A stretch of 64,000 nucleotides of DNA. Origin: Macrostomum lignano. Its lineage: Eukaryota. This document shows positions 37,245 through 49,849 of this stretch, piece after piece (the stretch's first letter is position 1; each line of letters opens with the position of its first letter). The stretch spans positions 1 through 64,000 of the forward strand of contig NIVC01003124.1 in the NCBI GenBank assembly GCA_002269645.1, given 5' to 3'. The notes under the pieces are model-generated. The model was not told the origin of the DNA. It worked only from the letters and a program-made list of their open reading frames with translations, and ran no database searches. Position numbers and translations under genes: made by a program.

Positions 37245-38200
37245 ACAATCTCAGATAATCTCACCCTGGATTCTCAGATAATCTCACCCTGGATTCTCAG
37301 ATAATCTCACCCTGGATTCTCAGATAATCTCACCCTGGATTCTCAGATAATCTCACCCTGGATTCTCAGATAATCTCACCCTGGATTCTCAGATAATCTC
37401 ACCCTGGATTCTCAGATAATCTCACCCTGGATTCTCAGATAATCTCACCCTGGATTCTCAGATAATCTCACCCTGGATTCTCAGATAATCTCACCCTGGA
37501 TTCTCAGATAATCTCAACTTGGATTCTCAGTTAATCTCACTCTGGATTCTCGGATAATCTCACTCTGGTTTCTCAGATAATCTCACTCTGGTTTATCAGA
37601 TAATATCACCCTGGATTCTCAGTTAATCTCACTCTGGATTCTCGGATAATCTCACCCTTGAATTTAAGATTATCTCACCCTGAATTCATAGTTAATCTCC
37701 CCTTGAATTTAAGTTAGTCTCACCCTGAATTCATAGTTAATCTCCCCTTGAATTTAAGTTAGTCTCACCCTGAATACATAGTTAATCTCCCCTTGAATTT
37801 AAGTTATTCTCACCCTTGATTCTCAGTTAATCTCACCCTTGAATTTAAGTTTACCTCACCCTTGATTCTCAGTTAATCTCACCCTTAAATTTAGAATAAT
37901 CTCACCCTGAATTCTCAGTTAATCTCACTCTGTATTCTCAGATAATCTCACCTTGAATTTAAGTTAATCTCACTCTGGATTCAAAGTTAATCTCATCATT
38001 GAATTTAAGTTAATCTCACCCTGAATTCTCAGTTTATGTCACCTAAGAATCTAGACCAGTATCATTTAAATCTCACCTGAGAAGCTAGGTCAATCTCACC
38101 GAAAATCTAGATCAATCTCATTCTAATCGCACCTGAGAATCTAGGTCAAATCTCACCTAAGTGTCAAGGCCAATCTCATTCTATTCTCACCTGAGAATGT
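37245..38200. repeat. 23-bp minisatellite upstream of TMEM35, degenerating rightwards
   Basis: Unit TCTCAGATAATCTCACCCTGGAT. Confidence 0.95.
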
Positions 38201-38298
38201 AGGCCAATCTTGGCTAGGAGTCTTGTGATGAATCTCGCCAGCACAAACCAGACAGTCTCTCACTGACAAAAACTTTTGCTGCTAACCAACCCTTTACA

Positions 38299-38772
38299 AT
38301 GAGCAACTTGGCTCTGAACGCAATCAGCATCACAGTCGGCCTGTTTTTTCTATTCTTCGGCATGCTGAAGCTGTGCCCGCTATTCTCCGATCAGCTTTAC
38401 CGAGACATGAGAAAGATATTTATTCAAACAGCCGGCACATTCCCGTTGCATTCCATCACCGGTTGGGCGCCTAATCCTCATTCTTGGCGCCGAGTGTACG
38501 GTTCGGCAGAATCGGTTGCTGGGCTGTTGCTAGCCGTGTGTCCCGGGCCAATAAGAGATGCCAGCAATCTAGCCCTGCTGGGCCTGTTATTAATTAATTT
38601 ACACGCTGTGTGGAGTCTTGGCCAAGGATTGAAGGAAGCTTCGCACGGAATGGTATTCGGTCTATTGTTGCTATGCCGCTTAGTGATTCGAGTGCAGGTG
38701 TGGCAGCGGGAACGCGAACTGGCGGCCGAGACGGCAGAACTCGAGCAGACTTATGGAAAGAAGAATAGTTGA
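38299..38772 (+). CDS. TMEM35: TMEM35/NACHO nicotinic acetylcholine receptor chaperone (DoxX-like), single exon, 157 aa
   Basis: LGLFF-type first helix (VGLFFLFFGMLKLCP), WRRVYGSAE..AG, HGMVFGLLLLCRL; four hydrophobic segments; C-terminal KKNS. Confidence 0.85.
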   Translation: MSNLALNAISITVGLFFLFFGMLKLCPLFSDQLYRDMRKIFIQTAGTFPLHSITGWAPNPHSWRRVYGSAESVAGLLLAVCPGPIRDASNLALLGLLLINLHAVWSLGQGLKEASHGMVFGLLLLCRLVIRVQVWQRERELAAETAELEQTYGKKNS

Positions 38773-38847
38773 ATTATGGAAACCGGAACTGCAATACTAC
38801 AAGTAATAATCTTAGAAAATATTTTAAGGCCAGCTTTACAAGATCTT

Positions 38848-38917
38848 GGGTTGTAGCCTAGTGGTCAGAGCGTCAGACTCACTACTTAAAAGGTCGGGGG
38901 TTCGATTCCTGATCCCA
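38848..38917 (+). mobile_element. tRNA-like element (SINE head or tRNA pseudogene)
   Basis: A box TAGCCTAGTGGTCAGAGC, B box GGTTCGATTCC; acceptor and anticodon stems mispaired. Confidence 0.55.
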
Positions 38918-40119
38918 CTGAAACATTTTCTAACTCTCTTGCTTCGAATGGATAAAGTTTGCAATTGATTTTGAAAAACTGTTAGTTAAATATAACAAAT
39001 GTATGCTTATGTTACGTTATAATCTCTCTGTCATTTTATTCTCTAGCATAATTGTTTTTATCCTCTAATTGCTGCTATCTTTCAAAATAATACTATAAGT
39101 AGTATTTGACGAACTTGAAGTTTTCTTAAATAGTAAATTAAACTCCTGCTGTGTGTTGTATTACTTTGTTCTGAATTCTGCACATTTTTGCGGTTGTCTT
39201 GTGCGAGTATAGTAAAACTATTAAGTTCTATGCTTAGAATCAAAGCCCTGCTCACATTTTATGCTTATCTGCAATCAACTCTAGTCAGAGCTCTGGATCC
39301 ACTGCATGCTGAGTTTCCGTGTTTTTTTATGTTCAGTTTATCTTATTAATTTATTTGTCCGATTTTGAAGCTAATAAAATATGAATACTTACTAGTAAAA
39401 TCTGTTATAAACATACTTCTTCCGTTCTTTGAGACTTTACCTTCAACAAAAAAACTAGTTTGCCTGAATTTCGACTTAAAGTTATTTCACGTTTATGCAT
39501 TGGCGAAATATGATATGCTCAGTATTTTGTAGCCGCTAAATTGATTTATATCTTATGTTCCGAATCCGGTGGGCCGTAGCCTGGTGGTCTAGCGCGGCGC
39601 TCTTGGTTAAGATGCCATGGCTCACTGGGGAGTTGCTGAGATGCCAAGTCTCAGTGGGGGAGTTGCTGAGATAACAAGGTTTAAAGCGGTTGCAGATATG
39701 CTAAAATGTCAAGCTATACTGGAAAGCTAAATGTCAAGATTAATGCTTTTTGATTGATTATAAACTGGAAAAACTGACAATAGACTTTTTGTATTGTAGA
39801 TGGCAATTTGCATGTTGAGTTTTATTAGATCATTAATTTCAATTCCATCTGTGACCCCCCCGGGGGGCTAAGAATGCTAGTCAAATATACAAGAAAATTA
39901 TTGCAAAGAAACAAACGAACACTTCCTAACTCCTAACCATTTCCAAGTGCAGAAAAAAGGCAGATGTTTATGATATCTATTAATCAAGCATTTGTAAGCG
40001 CTGTATCTAAAAGTAAAACTGATAAACACATTACATGTATAAGGACAGCGATAACAATTAAATTGTTCTACGCACTCTTATAGCAATAAAATACTGTCAG
40101 CTAATTAAGCTTCAGCTGG

Positions 40120-43100
40120 TTATTTGCAGTTAATTCTTCTTAACTTCTTAGTTGGAGTTCCGGTCAGCATATCAAGCGACTTCCACTTTTTCCAATGCTT
40201 AAACAGCCGATGCAGTAGGCGCGATTTCCACGAAAGGAATTTGCGTGGACAGGTGGCACATCGTCTGACAATGGCTGGAATTTTTGGGTCAGAATATTTC
40301 GATTTTAGATTGAGGAATATGTAGCATTTTGCTTTAGAACTGATGCAATGAACTGAAGAATCTCTTTATTTTTCAAACCTAAACGGATTGTACAACCTTA
40401 GTGGTGAGCGTCTTGCTCCCGACTGAAAGGTCCACTGGGAACCATTTCTGTCTGAGCAAGACACAACTCTGCATTGCTTCAGTTCCCCAAGTTGTAAATG
40501 GGTGCCAGCATTAGCTGGGGTAATTGAGGGGTTGTGGGTGGCGACCCCCCCCCCTCCCCCCAGTCCTTGCACTGAACAGCCGTACGCAGCCTTCAGATGC
40601 GCCGCGCAATAGCTGCGGCTGAGCTGTCGGTTGCACATCTGGTGGCTATCCAAGTATTCTGGTTAGGTACCCATTGAAGTGACTCAATTAAGGACTTAAG
40701 CGTCGGCATCAAGGCCGGAGCACCATGCAGCAGCGGTGGAAATGCAACAATCTTAGAAATGCAAAAAATGATTAAAAAATCCCGCCTCACACGTCGATTT
40801 CTTGTGACGCGTCGTTCGAACCGATGCTTTACCGATGCTGATTTCGTTGAGTCGTCTCGATCGTCTTGATGACGTCATTGTCGTTGCGCCATTGATGACT
40901 GGATGGGACGTTTTCTCGGCTGCCGAATTCTGACGGGGTGACGTCACTGGCTCGCTGCTCCGGCTGACCAGAGCCGTCAAGTGAACCAACCGATGACTTG
41001 TCAGGTCGTCCTCTTTTGTGAAGCCTTTGTCGCACACCTGACAGGTGAATTTTCCGTTCACTTTGCTGAAGTAGAAGCCGGACAGATCGCGAGAGGATGT
41101 CGAGGATGTGGATGCCGTCACTGACGATGCAGGTGCCTTTGGATGCGCTATCCGTGATGTTGCTGTTGAGGTGATCGAAGCAGATGCTGATGCTGAGGCA
41201 GAAGCAGTGGCAGTGGCGGCAGCCATGACAGTTTTTGTCGCTTCAAAGGCCAGCGAATTGAGCTGAGCATAGGCCATCGCTAGAGAGTCGGCCGAGGATG
41301 CTGTCGGCTTGATGTTAGCACAGGCGGCGGTCGTCGGTGGCGGCGCGGAGACGGCGTGCTGCTCAACCAGGTGCGTCCTGAGTTGAGCCGGGCTGTCAAA
41401 AGTCTGGATGCAGAATGGGCAAAGCGTCGCCTTGGTAACGTCGCATGCGTCACATAGCAACGGAGCGGCAGCGTCCATGGATTTGCGTTTTAGCGTCGTT
41501 ATTAACGACGTTGAAGTCTTTGCAACTGGTCGTCCGCAGGTTGTACAACGATGTGCCGCTGTTGTTGATTGAACTTTTGAACTCTCATCAGATCGACGCT
41601 TTGCGTTTTGTTCAGCGTCGATAGCGCTTACATGGCTATGGTGATTGTTGCCGGTATGATCGTGCTGAGGCGGTACTGGCTGAGTTTGATGTCGATGACG
41701 CGTCAGTTTGTGCTGTTCCAGCTGACTGTGGCTGCCGAATCTGGCAGGGTTGGGAGTTGGTGGGTGTGGCGCTGGACAAAGTAATGCAAAAGACACAGTC
41801 ACACCGAGTCATTTTCGGGTGAAAGACAACCTCAGAAGGAGCTCCTGAGCACTGATGATGCGCTATGATGAAATTGTCATTCAAAAATTTAATAAATCGC
41901 TTACTTTTCGTCGCAAATCTTGCACCAATGCTGCTGCAGTTGTTTATCCGCGTCAGCTCCCACCTTGCCGAAAACTCGGTGCACCGTCTTCAAATGTCGA
42001 TCCAATTCAGAATTGCTCCTAGCTTGGTGACCGCAATAGGAGCAGCAATGATGATGCAATAGCGACGGCTTCGCCTGTTTCTGCTGGCTACCATGATTTG
42101 TTGCTTCAGCCGAATTTGTTGTTGCTGTTGTGGTTTGCGCTTCGCAATCTGACTCTCCATTCCCTAATCTGTGCTCGCGAACTTGGTGCTCGAGTACTTT
42201 ATGCTCGTCTGGGAATTGGCGGCCACAATAACTGCATAGTTTGGCCAGCTCTTGGGCCACTCTGGACAAAACTAGCGGCGATGGCTGCTGCAGATGAGGC
42301 TGAGGGGTCGACTGGCGCGGTGTAGGGGCGAAATTGAAGGGAAGAGGGTTTGATTTTGTTTACTTAAGAGAAGGTGACACTCAAGAGGATGTCTAAATCT
42401 GACGAAGCAGTAATGTACACTGTAGTAAGGAATGTAACACTATAAGGAATGTAACACTATAAGGAATGTACACTATAAGGAATGTAACACTATAAGGAAT
42501 GTACACAATAAGGAATGTACGCTATAAGGAATGTAACACTATAAGGAGTGTACACTATAAGGAGTGTACACTATAAGGAGTATACACTATAAGGAATGTA
42601 CACTATAAGGAGTGTACACTATAAGGAATGTACACTATAAGGAGTGTACACTAAAAGAAATATAACACTATAAGGAATGTAACACTATATAAGCGACAAA
42701 AGCCAATATTCACCTGGCGTTCCTTCTCCTTCGTGTTCGATTGTCGCTTTTCCGATTGCTGCTGCTGCTGCTGCGCTATTAGGGGCAGAGATGTCGGTAT
42801 TGTTTGCGACGGCACCTGCGGCGGCGGAGCTGCGGCGTAGTTGGCGCCGGCGGCGGCAAAGTGAGCGCCGACCAGGTGCTCGTACAGGTCGCCATGCCGG
42901 TCGAACAGCCGCCCGGGGCAGAGCGCGCAGGCCAGATTGCGCCTCTCCTGCGCGTGAACCCGGAGGAAGTGCGCCTCAGCCGAGTCGGCCGTCTCGGACA
43001 GGACGCCGCAGCCGACGGCGGAGCAGCGGTACACCTGGGCAGTGTGCACCTGACTAGCGTGAGCTCTCAGACTCTCCGGATCCCGGCACTGGCATCCGCA

Positions 43101-46100
43101 CACGCCGCAGGCGTACTGACACTCCTGCCTAGCGCAGTGCGCGATCAGATGGTAGACCGCTTCGCTCTGTTTAGTTGCTAGGGCGCCACAGAAGCCGCAG
43201 ATGGACGGAGAAAACGGAGTTGATTGGGCCAGCAGAGCTGCTTCGGGAGCACCGATTTGATGCAGTGGATAGTGCTGCTGCTGCTGCTGATGCTGATGAT
43301 GAAGGTAGAGGCTGAATTCTGCCGCCGAATCCACGGCAAGCTGCGACGTCTGTGGCGACGCGATGATTGACACGTTGTTAGTGTCCGTTGCTAGGGCGTT
43401 GCTATCCGCGCTTAGTCTACTACTGTTAGTAGGGCTTTGGTTCTGATTTTCGAGGAGGTCGACTTCTTGGTGGCTGAGTTGCGTTTCTGCGCAGCATTTT
43501 GATGCTGAGGTTGAAGCTGATGACGAATGGTGCTTGATGTCACTGTGCTGCTGGCTTGCCGAGCTTGACGAGTCTGAAAGGTTGATTAAAAAAGGAATAT
43601 GTTAGAAGGCTGGGTGTTAGAGGTACTCAACTTTGAACATTCAAACTTATAAGTATAATACATCTTATGTCAAGACGGAATGAGATCAGACATGAGCAAT
43701 CAAGATAGAATGACATGAGACTTGATAAATCTGAGATAGAATGAGATAGGACATGAGAAATGAAGATAGTGTGAGATGAGACATGATAAATCCATATTGA
43801 ATGAGATAGGACATGAGAAATCAAAATAGAATGAAATAGGACATCAGAAATCCAAGATGGAATGAGATCAGACATGAGAAATCCATATCGAATGAGATGA
43901 GACTTGATAAATCCGAGATGGATTGAGATAGGACATGAGAAATGAAGATAGAATGAGATGAGACATTAGAAATCAAGACTGAATAAAAACAAGAATTAAT
44001 GAGATGAGACGTGATACATCATGATAGAATAAGATGAGACATGAGAAATCATTGAGAGAATACATGAGACCAAATCTGAACTGATCTAATGAAGGAACAG
44101 TAAAAAGTTATGACGGAAATAATTCAGTTTGTGCTTTTTTTCTCTAAAAATTCCATAAAACGCTATATTTTCTACTTTGAGTAGCAGCTTGAAAATAGAC
44201 TCGCACCTTTTTCGTATTCAACTTCTTCATCGTTTCTATGGCAACGTCGTCGCTTCGTCATTTTCGCCGCTTCGACTACGACGCCGACTTCGAGCTCGTC
44301 CTCTTGCTCGCCGTCCATGGCCTCAATTGTCCGCCGACTGTCCGAGTTCGAATCCGATCGTTTCCTCTTTGCCGAATGAGTCCGAACGTGCGAGCGCAGG
44401 TGGTCGGATCGGACAAAGGCGGCGCTGCAGAAGGCGCACTTGTGCTTCCTGACGCCCGAGTGCAGCTGCACGTGGCGCTGCAGACTCTTCTTGTGCTTGA
44501 ACAGCTTCTTGCACACGGAGCAGCGGAGCCGACCGCTGCTGTCTGTGGATGACGGATCTGAGGATAATTCTTCCGAGTCTTCTTCTTCTGTTGCTGCTGC
44601 TTCTTCTTCTTCAATGTCGTCTGCTTCTTGTTCCTCGTTGTTATTGTCATTGTTGTTGATTGTTTCAACAACCATATGGTGCTGCGACCGCGGCTCCGCC
44701 TTGATTGGCCGGTTCAGTGAGGTAGCGTCTGCCGCACTGCCGCTGTCGCATTCATCTGTGATAATGTCGCATGTGTCAGCGGGCAAATGTTTTGAATAGT
44801 TGGTGTACACGCATAGTCATAAAGAATAAATGCAGGGAAGCTGTGGGCGCCCTGGCTCCTGAGCACTACAAGCGTACTCGTACGCAGGGTGTACAGCGGC
44901 TCTGACTTTCTGTCATTAGTCAGGAATCTTCACTCTCTGTGCCTTGGTGGACAGAGAAGTAGACGGGTGAATAGAGAAGTAGACAGGTGGATAGAGAAGT
45001 AGACAGGTGGATAGAGAAGTAGACAGGTGGATAGAGAATTAGACAGGTTGATAGAGAAGTAGACAGGTGGATAGAGAAATAGACAGGTGGATAGAGAAGT
45101 AGACAGGTGGATAGAGAATTAGACAGGTGGATAGAGAATTAGACAGGTGGATAGAGAAGTAGACAGGTGGATAGAGAATTAGACAGGTGGATAGAGAATT
45201 AGACAGGTGGATAGAGAATTAGACAGGTGGATAGAGAAGTAGACAGGTGGATAGAGAAGTAGACAGGTGGATAGAGAAATAGACAGGTGGACAGAGAAGT
45301 AGACGGGTGAATAGAGAAGTAGACAGGTGGATAGAGAATTAGACAGGTGGATAGAGAATTAGACAGGTGGATAGAGAATTAGACAGGTTGATAGAGAAGT
45401 AGACAGGTGGATAGAGAAATAGACAGGTGGATAGAGAAGTAGACAGGTGGATAGAGAATTAGACAGGTGGATAGAGAATTAGACAGGTGGATAGAGAAGT
45501 AGACAGGTGGATAGAGAATTAGACAGGTGGATAGAGAATTAGACAGGTGGATAGAGAATTAGACAGGTGGATAGAGAAGTAGACAGGTGGATAGAGAAGT
45601 AGACAGGTGGATAGAGAAATAGACAGGTGGATAGAGAAATAGACAGGTGGATAGAGAAATAGACAGGTGGATAGAGAAATAGACAGGTGGATAGAGAAGT
45701 AGACAGGTGGATAGAGAAGTAGACAGGTGGATAGAGAAGTAGACAGGTGAGTAAATAGGTAGAATCTTAAGCTAGAAGACACTTGACATGAGGTAGAAAA
45801 TAGTGCTTCATATTATTTCACCTCCGTGATCTGCGCATGGCAACTCAAGAAATGCCCGACTGCTGGATACTTAAGTCTTTCTTTCTCTCTCCCACTCTCA
45901 CCCTTGGCTGCTCATCCCAAAAGCTCCATCCTCGATCATTCTCTCTCCAGCTGGCCTCGCAGTCTGTCTACATGGAACTCTCCCTAACCCCCCCCCTCTC
46001 CCAAAAGAGTTCTCCCGAGAGAATTCGACAAGCTAAGCAACCTGAAAAGCAGCGCGAACAGAGGTAGAGACAGCAGCAAAAAGCATTTTGGTAGTCAAGC

Positions 46101-48770
46101 AAGCAATGCGAGACGGGTCTTTACAGCAGCGGCAAGCCGAATCCCTAGGGATATTTCCGAGGCTAGACAGGCTGAGGGAGAAGAAATGATTGTTTTCCCT
46201 GGGAAAGGAGAGAGAGAGAGAGAGAGAGTTGTCTCCCGGTCGCTCCCCCAATAGGGATTTCAGCTGCTGGAGACCGAGATGGAGACCGAGAGACGCTGGG
46301 AGGAGGCGGGTAGAGGATCAGAGAGCGGTTCAGTGAGAATTCCCTAGCGGGGGGGATCCGCGCGAGGCGCTCATGAAGGTCGAAGTTGGGAGCGGCGTGG
46401 AGCCTTGGGGATTTTGTTGGTCCCAGTGCAATCCCCTTTTTCACTTCCCGCACATCGCCCCCCCCCTGGCCACACACAGCCTCGCCTCGGTGGCGGCGGA
46501 GGCCGTCAATTCTGCATCTCGCGCGCGCTTCGCTTCTCAAAACACCTCCCCAGGGAGGACCCCGCGACGGTATTAGTTTAGGGAGGCTGAGGGCCGCTCG
46601 CCGCCCCCCTCCCAACCTCTCCCGGCCTGATGGGGCCGCCTGCCCACGGACGAATGATGGCTTTCTAGTATAGAGAAGGCTCTGGTCCGCTTTTAGACCC
46701 GTGCGATATATGCAATATGTCTAGTGTTAGCGGCACAGTATACCTTTGACAACAAAACAACACACCAGCTAATGACAATACAAACAACACCAACCCAACA
46801 ACAACATTAAACGGAGACCCCTTCCCAACACAAACGACAACAACACGAAAGACAACAAAACAAACGACAGTAAGACAAACGACACCACAAATGACAACAA
46901 TACAAACGAAAACATCAAAAACGACAGCAGCACAAACGACAACAGCACAGACAGCAACAACACAAACGACAGCAACACAAACGACAACAGCACAAACAGC
47001 AACAACACAAACGACAACAGCACAAACAGCAACAACACAAACGACAACAGCACAAACAGCAACAACACAAACGACAGCAACACAAACGACAACAGCACAA
47101 ACAGCAACAACACAAACGACAGCAACACAAACGACAACAGCACAAACAGCAACAACACAAACGACAGCAACACAAACGATAACAGCACGAACAGCAACAA
47201 CACAAACGACAGCAACAAACGACAGCAGCACAGACAACAGCACAAACAGCAACAACACAAACGAAAGCAACACAAACGACAACAGCACAAACAGCAACAA
47301 CACAAACGACAGCAACACAAACGATAACAGCACGAACAGCAACAACACAAACGACAGCAACAAACGACAGCAGCACAGACAACAGCAAAAACAGCAACAA
47401 CACAAACGACAACAGCACAAACAGCAACAACACAAACGACAACAGCACAAACAGCAACAACACAAACAGCAACAACACAAACGACAGCAACACAAACAAC
47501 AACAGCACAAACAGCAACAACACAAACGACAGCAACACAAACGATAACAGCACGAACAGCAACAACACAAACGACAGCAACACAAACGATAACAGCACGA
47601 ACAGCAACAACACAAACGACAGCAACACAAACGATAACAGCACGAACAGCAACAACACAAACGACAGCAACAACACAAACGACAGCAACACAAACGACAA
47701 CAGCACAAACAGCAACAATACAAACGACAGCAGCACAAACAGCAACAACACAAACGACAACAGCACAAACAGCAACAACACAAACGAAAGCAACACAAAC
47801 GACAACAGCACAAACAGCAACAACACAAACGACAGCAACAGACAGCAGCACAGACAACAGCACAAACAGCAACAATACAAACGACAGCAGCACAAACAGC
47901 AACAGCACAAATGACAGCAACACAAAAAACAACACAAACGACGCCAATGAGCAATAATAACAACACAAATCACAGCACAAACGACAAGCGACAACATAAA
48001 CCATTGTGTTCAGCATTTCTCTGAGAAAATCTGTCTCAATTTTTGAAAGAAAAATTTTCTTTGTTATTTTGAAGAAACAATTTCAGTGTCGGAGCAAAAC
48101 CTCAGCCAAGCCTTCCGCAACACAAACGTTTTTTCTAATGATAAAAACGAATTCAATTCATTGCCATAAACTAATGCGCAGTAGTTTCCTACAGGCATTA
48201 CAGATGCCACAACCGGCAGTAACCGGCTTCTCCGCGATGCAAAAATCTGTTTGATCCAAGAAGTCACTTAAATTTATACTTTTCTGCTGAAAATTTCAAT
48301 GCCCAATCCGCAAAGGCTGGCCGCAAAGACTAAAATCCCTTGGGATTGATCACTTTTGCATCTTCGGAGGAGGCAGAGCACTCTCGCGTCGTCAAGACCC
48401 CTGGTTTGAATCCAAGGGCCCGCGTATAGTTATGAGATTCGCAGCCATGAGGGCCAAGGCTCAAGGCACAGGTGCACATGCCTGCCGATTAGAAAGTCAG
48501 GGCTGCTGTGCACCCTGTGTGAGCGTGTGTGAGCCCTCCGAATATGAATTCTCTGATAGCATACCAGGACGATTTTTTTAGAGGCTCCAGAGGGGCACAG
48601 TTTTATTCTGTAATCCCATCCATACTCAAACATTAGACATTGGAAGCCAAGACCAAGCGATACTCGGTCGATAAACAACACTCACCTGCGGCAACGACTA
48701 CATCGACACCAAGAATGCCGGACATTCGGCTGTACTGCGACTGCGGCGCCAGCTGTTTCCGACGGCCCAT
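40120..48770 (-). CDS. ZNF423: ZNF423/ZNF521 (Oaz)-like multi-C2H2 zinc-finger transcription factor, 6 exons, ~1001 aa
   Basis: Exons 48770-48686, 44755-44207, 43573-42714, 42311-41905 (acceptor ambiguous among nearby in-frame AGs), 41740-40791, 40274-40120; 3006 nt in frame. N-terminal MGRRKQLAP; fingers CKKLFKHKKSLQRHVQLHSG..CSAAFVRSDHLRSHVRTH match the ZNF423/521 finger pair. Confidence 0.8.
40392..40655 (+). mobile_element. CORE-type (MIR-core-like) tRNA SINE in Oaz intron 5
   Basis: tRNA-like head CCTTAGTGGTGAGCGTCTTGCTCCCGA; core TGAGCAAGACACAACTCTGCATTGCTTCAGTTCCCCAAGTTGTAAATGGG resembles the MIR core; second copy at 7100-7312. Confidence 0.75.
42415..42690. repeat. 16/17-bp minisatellite in Oaz intron 3
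   Basis: Unit ACACTATAAGGAATGT(A). Confidence 0.95.
43660..44070. repeat. Degenerate tandem repeat in Oaz intron 2
   Basis: Recurrent GAGATGAGACATGAGAAATC. Confidence 0.8.
44830..44935 (-). mobile_element. Fragment of SINE family 2
   Basis: Reverse complement GAAAGTCAGAGCCGCTGTACACCCTG matches 24300-24660 and 48360-48560. Confidence 0.6.
44950..45745. repeat. 20-bp minisatellite in Oaz intron 1
   Basis: Unit AGACAGGTGGATAGAGAA(G/T/A)T, ~40 copies. Confidence 0.97.
46750..47995. repeat. A/C-rich low-complexity tandem repeat in Oaz intron 1
   Basis: Units ACAAACGACAACAGCACAAACAGCAACAAC. Confidence 0.95.
48360..48560 (+). mobile_element. SINE family 2 copy in Oaz intron 1
   Basis: B box GGTTTGAATCC; body GTGCACATGCCTGCCGATTAGAAAGTCAGGGCTGCTGTGCACCCTGTGTGAG. 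Confidence 0.65.
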
Positions 48771-49849
48771 GACTGTCGTTACTGCCTGAGAATCCCCAAC
48801 TGGGAGCAACCAATGTGGAATTGGGAAATTCCTAATGTCTATATTCTATATAAATACAGATGAAGCTGCGGCTCCAGGCGATGGGGGAGGAGGGGTGGCT
48901 GTGTTTGGGGAGGGCGGCTGCGGCAGGCACGGGGGCTCTCAATTCATCCAAATCCCATTGGGGAATTCCAAGAGCGGCCTCGGCTCCATTCTCCATTCAG
49001 GCGGTGGGGAGCTTCGGGTTGGGGGGGAGATGAAATAGGCTGGGGCCGACCGACCCCCCCCCCCCCGAAAGCTTTTGGCGACGGCCCCGAGGGACCCTTG
49101 TAAACGCGGGGATGAGAACCGACTTTAGGGATGATGGGAACTGGGGGGAGCTGAGCCTTCCAAGATCCCTAGGGAACCATGGGCTTCCCCTTCCAGGCCG
49201 GAACCAATCCGCCGCAGCCTCGCAGAGCCCCCCACAGAGTCCGAGAAAATATATAATAAAAAGGCAGCCGAACTGGCTTGGGATGGGCGAGGCATCCCTG
49301 GGGATCGCAGGAGAGAAAGAGGGAACGGCAGGGAGATGGAGATGGGAAAAGGAGAAAGGCCAACAGAGAGAGAGGATATTGCAAGGGTCGTCGGCGCGGC
49401 AACCCGTTACCCGCCACCCATCTTCATATTCGCCTCGACCGTGTCCCGCGCGTGGGGCGACCCTTGGCAAGCAGGCATAATAGCGATCGGGACTATGGGA
49501 GCTGCATGGTTCTTCATTTGTTAGAAGGTCGGTGCAGCTAATTCCATGCATATATATGCTACCTGCAGTCGCTGTAAGATCAATAATTCAAGCTGGATCT
49601 GACAGTCAGGGCTGCTACAGCAGCGTGATTAAGACCAGTTTCTGAGCTGACGCCATGAGCTCGTGTTCCGCTTCGAGAGAGCTGCCTTGAAAACTGCATG
49701 TGGTGTGAAGCAATTTCACCCCGATCAATCGGATCCAGCGTTTCCATATGGCAAGGATTTGGATTATCTTCTTACTAGTAAGCGACAGCGAGAAAGACGC
49801 AAACCCAGAGACCTTGATGCGAAATCAAACAATTATTGAATTCCTTATT

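Larger units (their letters stand above)
46142..49304. promoter_or_regulatory. Cluster of EBF/COE palindromic sites (TCCCNNGGGA) in Oaz intron 1 and upstream region
   Basis: Perfect matches at 46142-51, 46547-56, 48336-45, 49166-75, 49295-304; near matches at 46195-205, 46402-11, 49085-94. Confidence 0.65.

Noticed and set aside
38848-38917. Functional tRNA gene
   Set aside because: A and B boxes are present but the acceptor and anticodon stems are mispaired, so it is treated as SINE-like or a pseudogene.
46665-48016. 433/415/360-aa Cys/Val/Leu-rich and 218-aa Thr/Gln-rich ORFs
   Set aside because: Low-complexity A/C repeat in Oaz intron 1, open in several frames at once.
48823-48969. Two NF-kB-like sites (GGGAAATTCC, GGGGAATTCC)
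   Set aside because: Only two matches in a G/C-run-rich island, and the presence of NF-kB in this organism is unknown.
46163-49551. GC-rich ORFs at 46163-46673 and 48997-49551
   Set aside because: No recognisable domain; better explained as non-coding regulatory islands of the Oaz gene.
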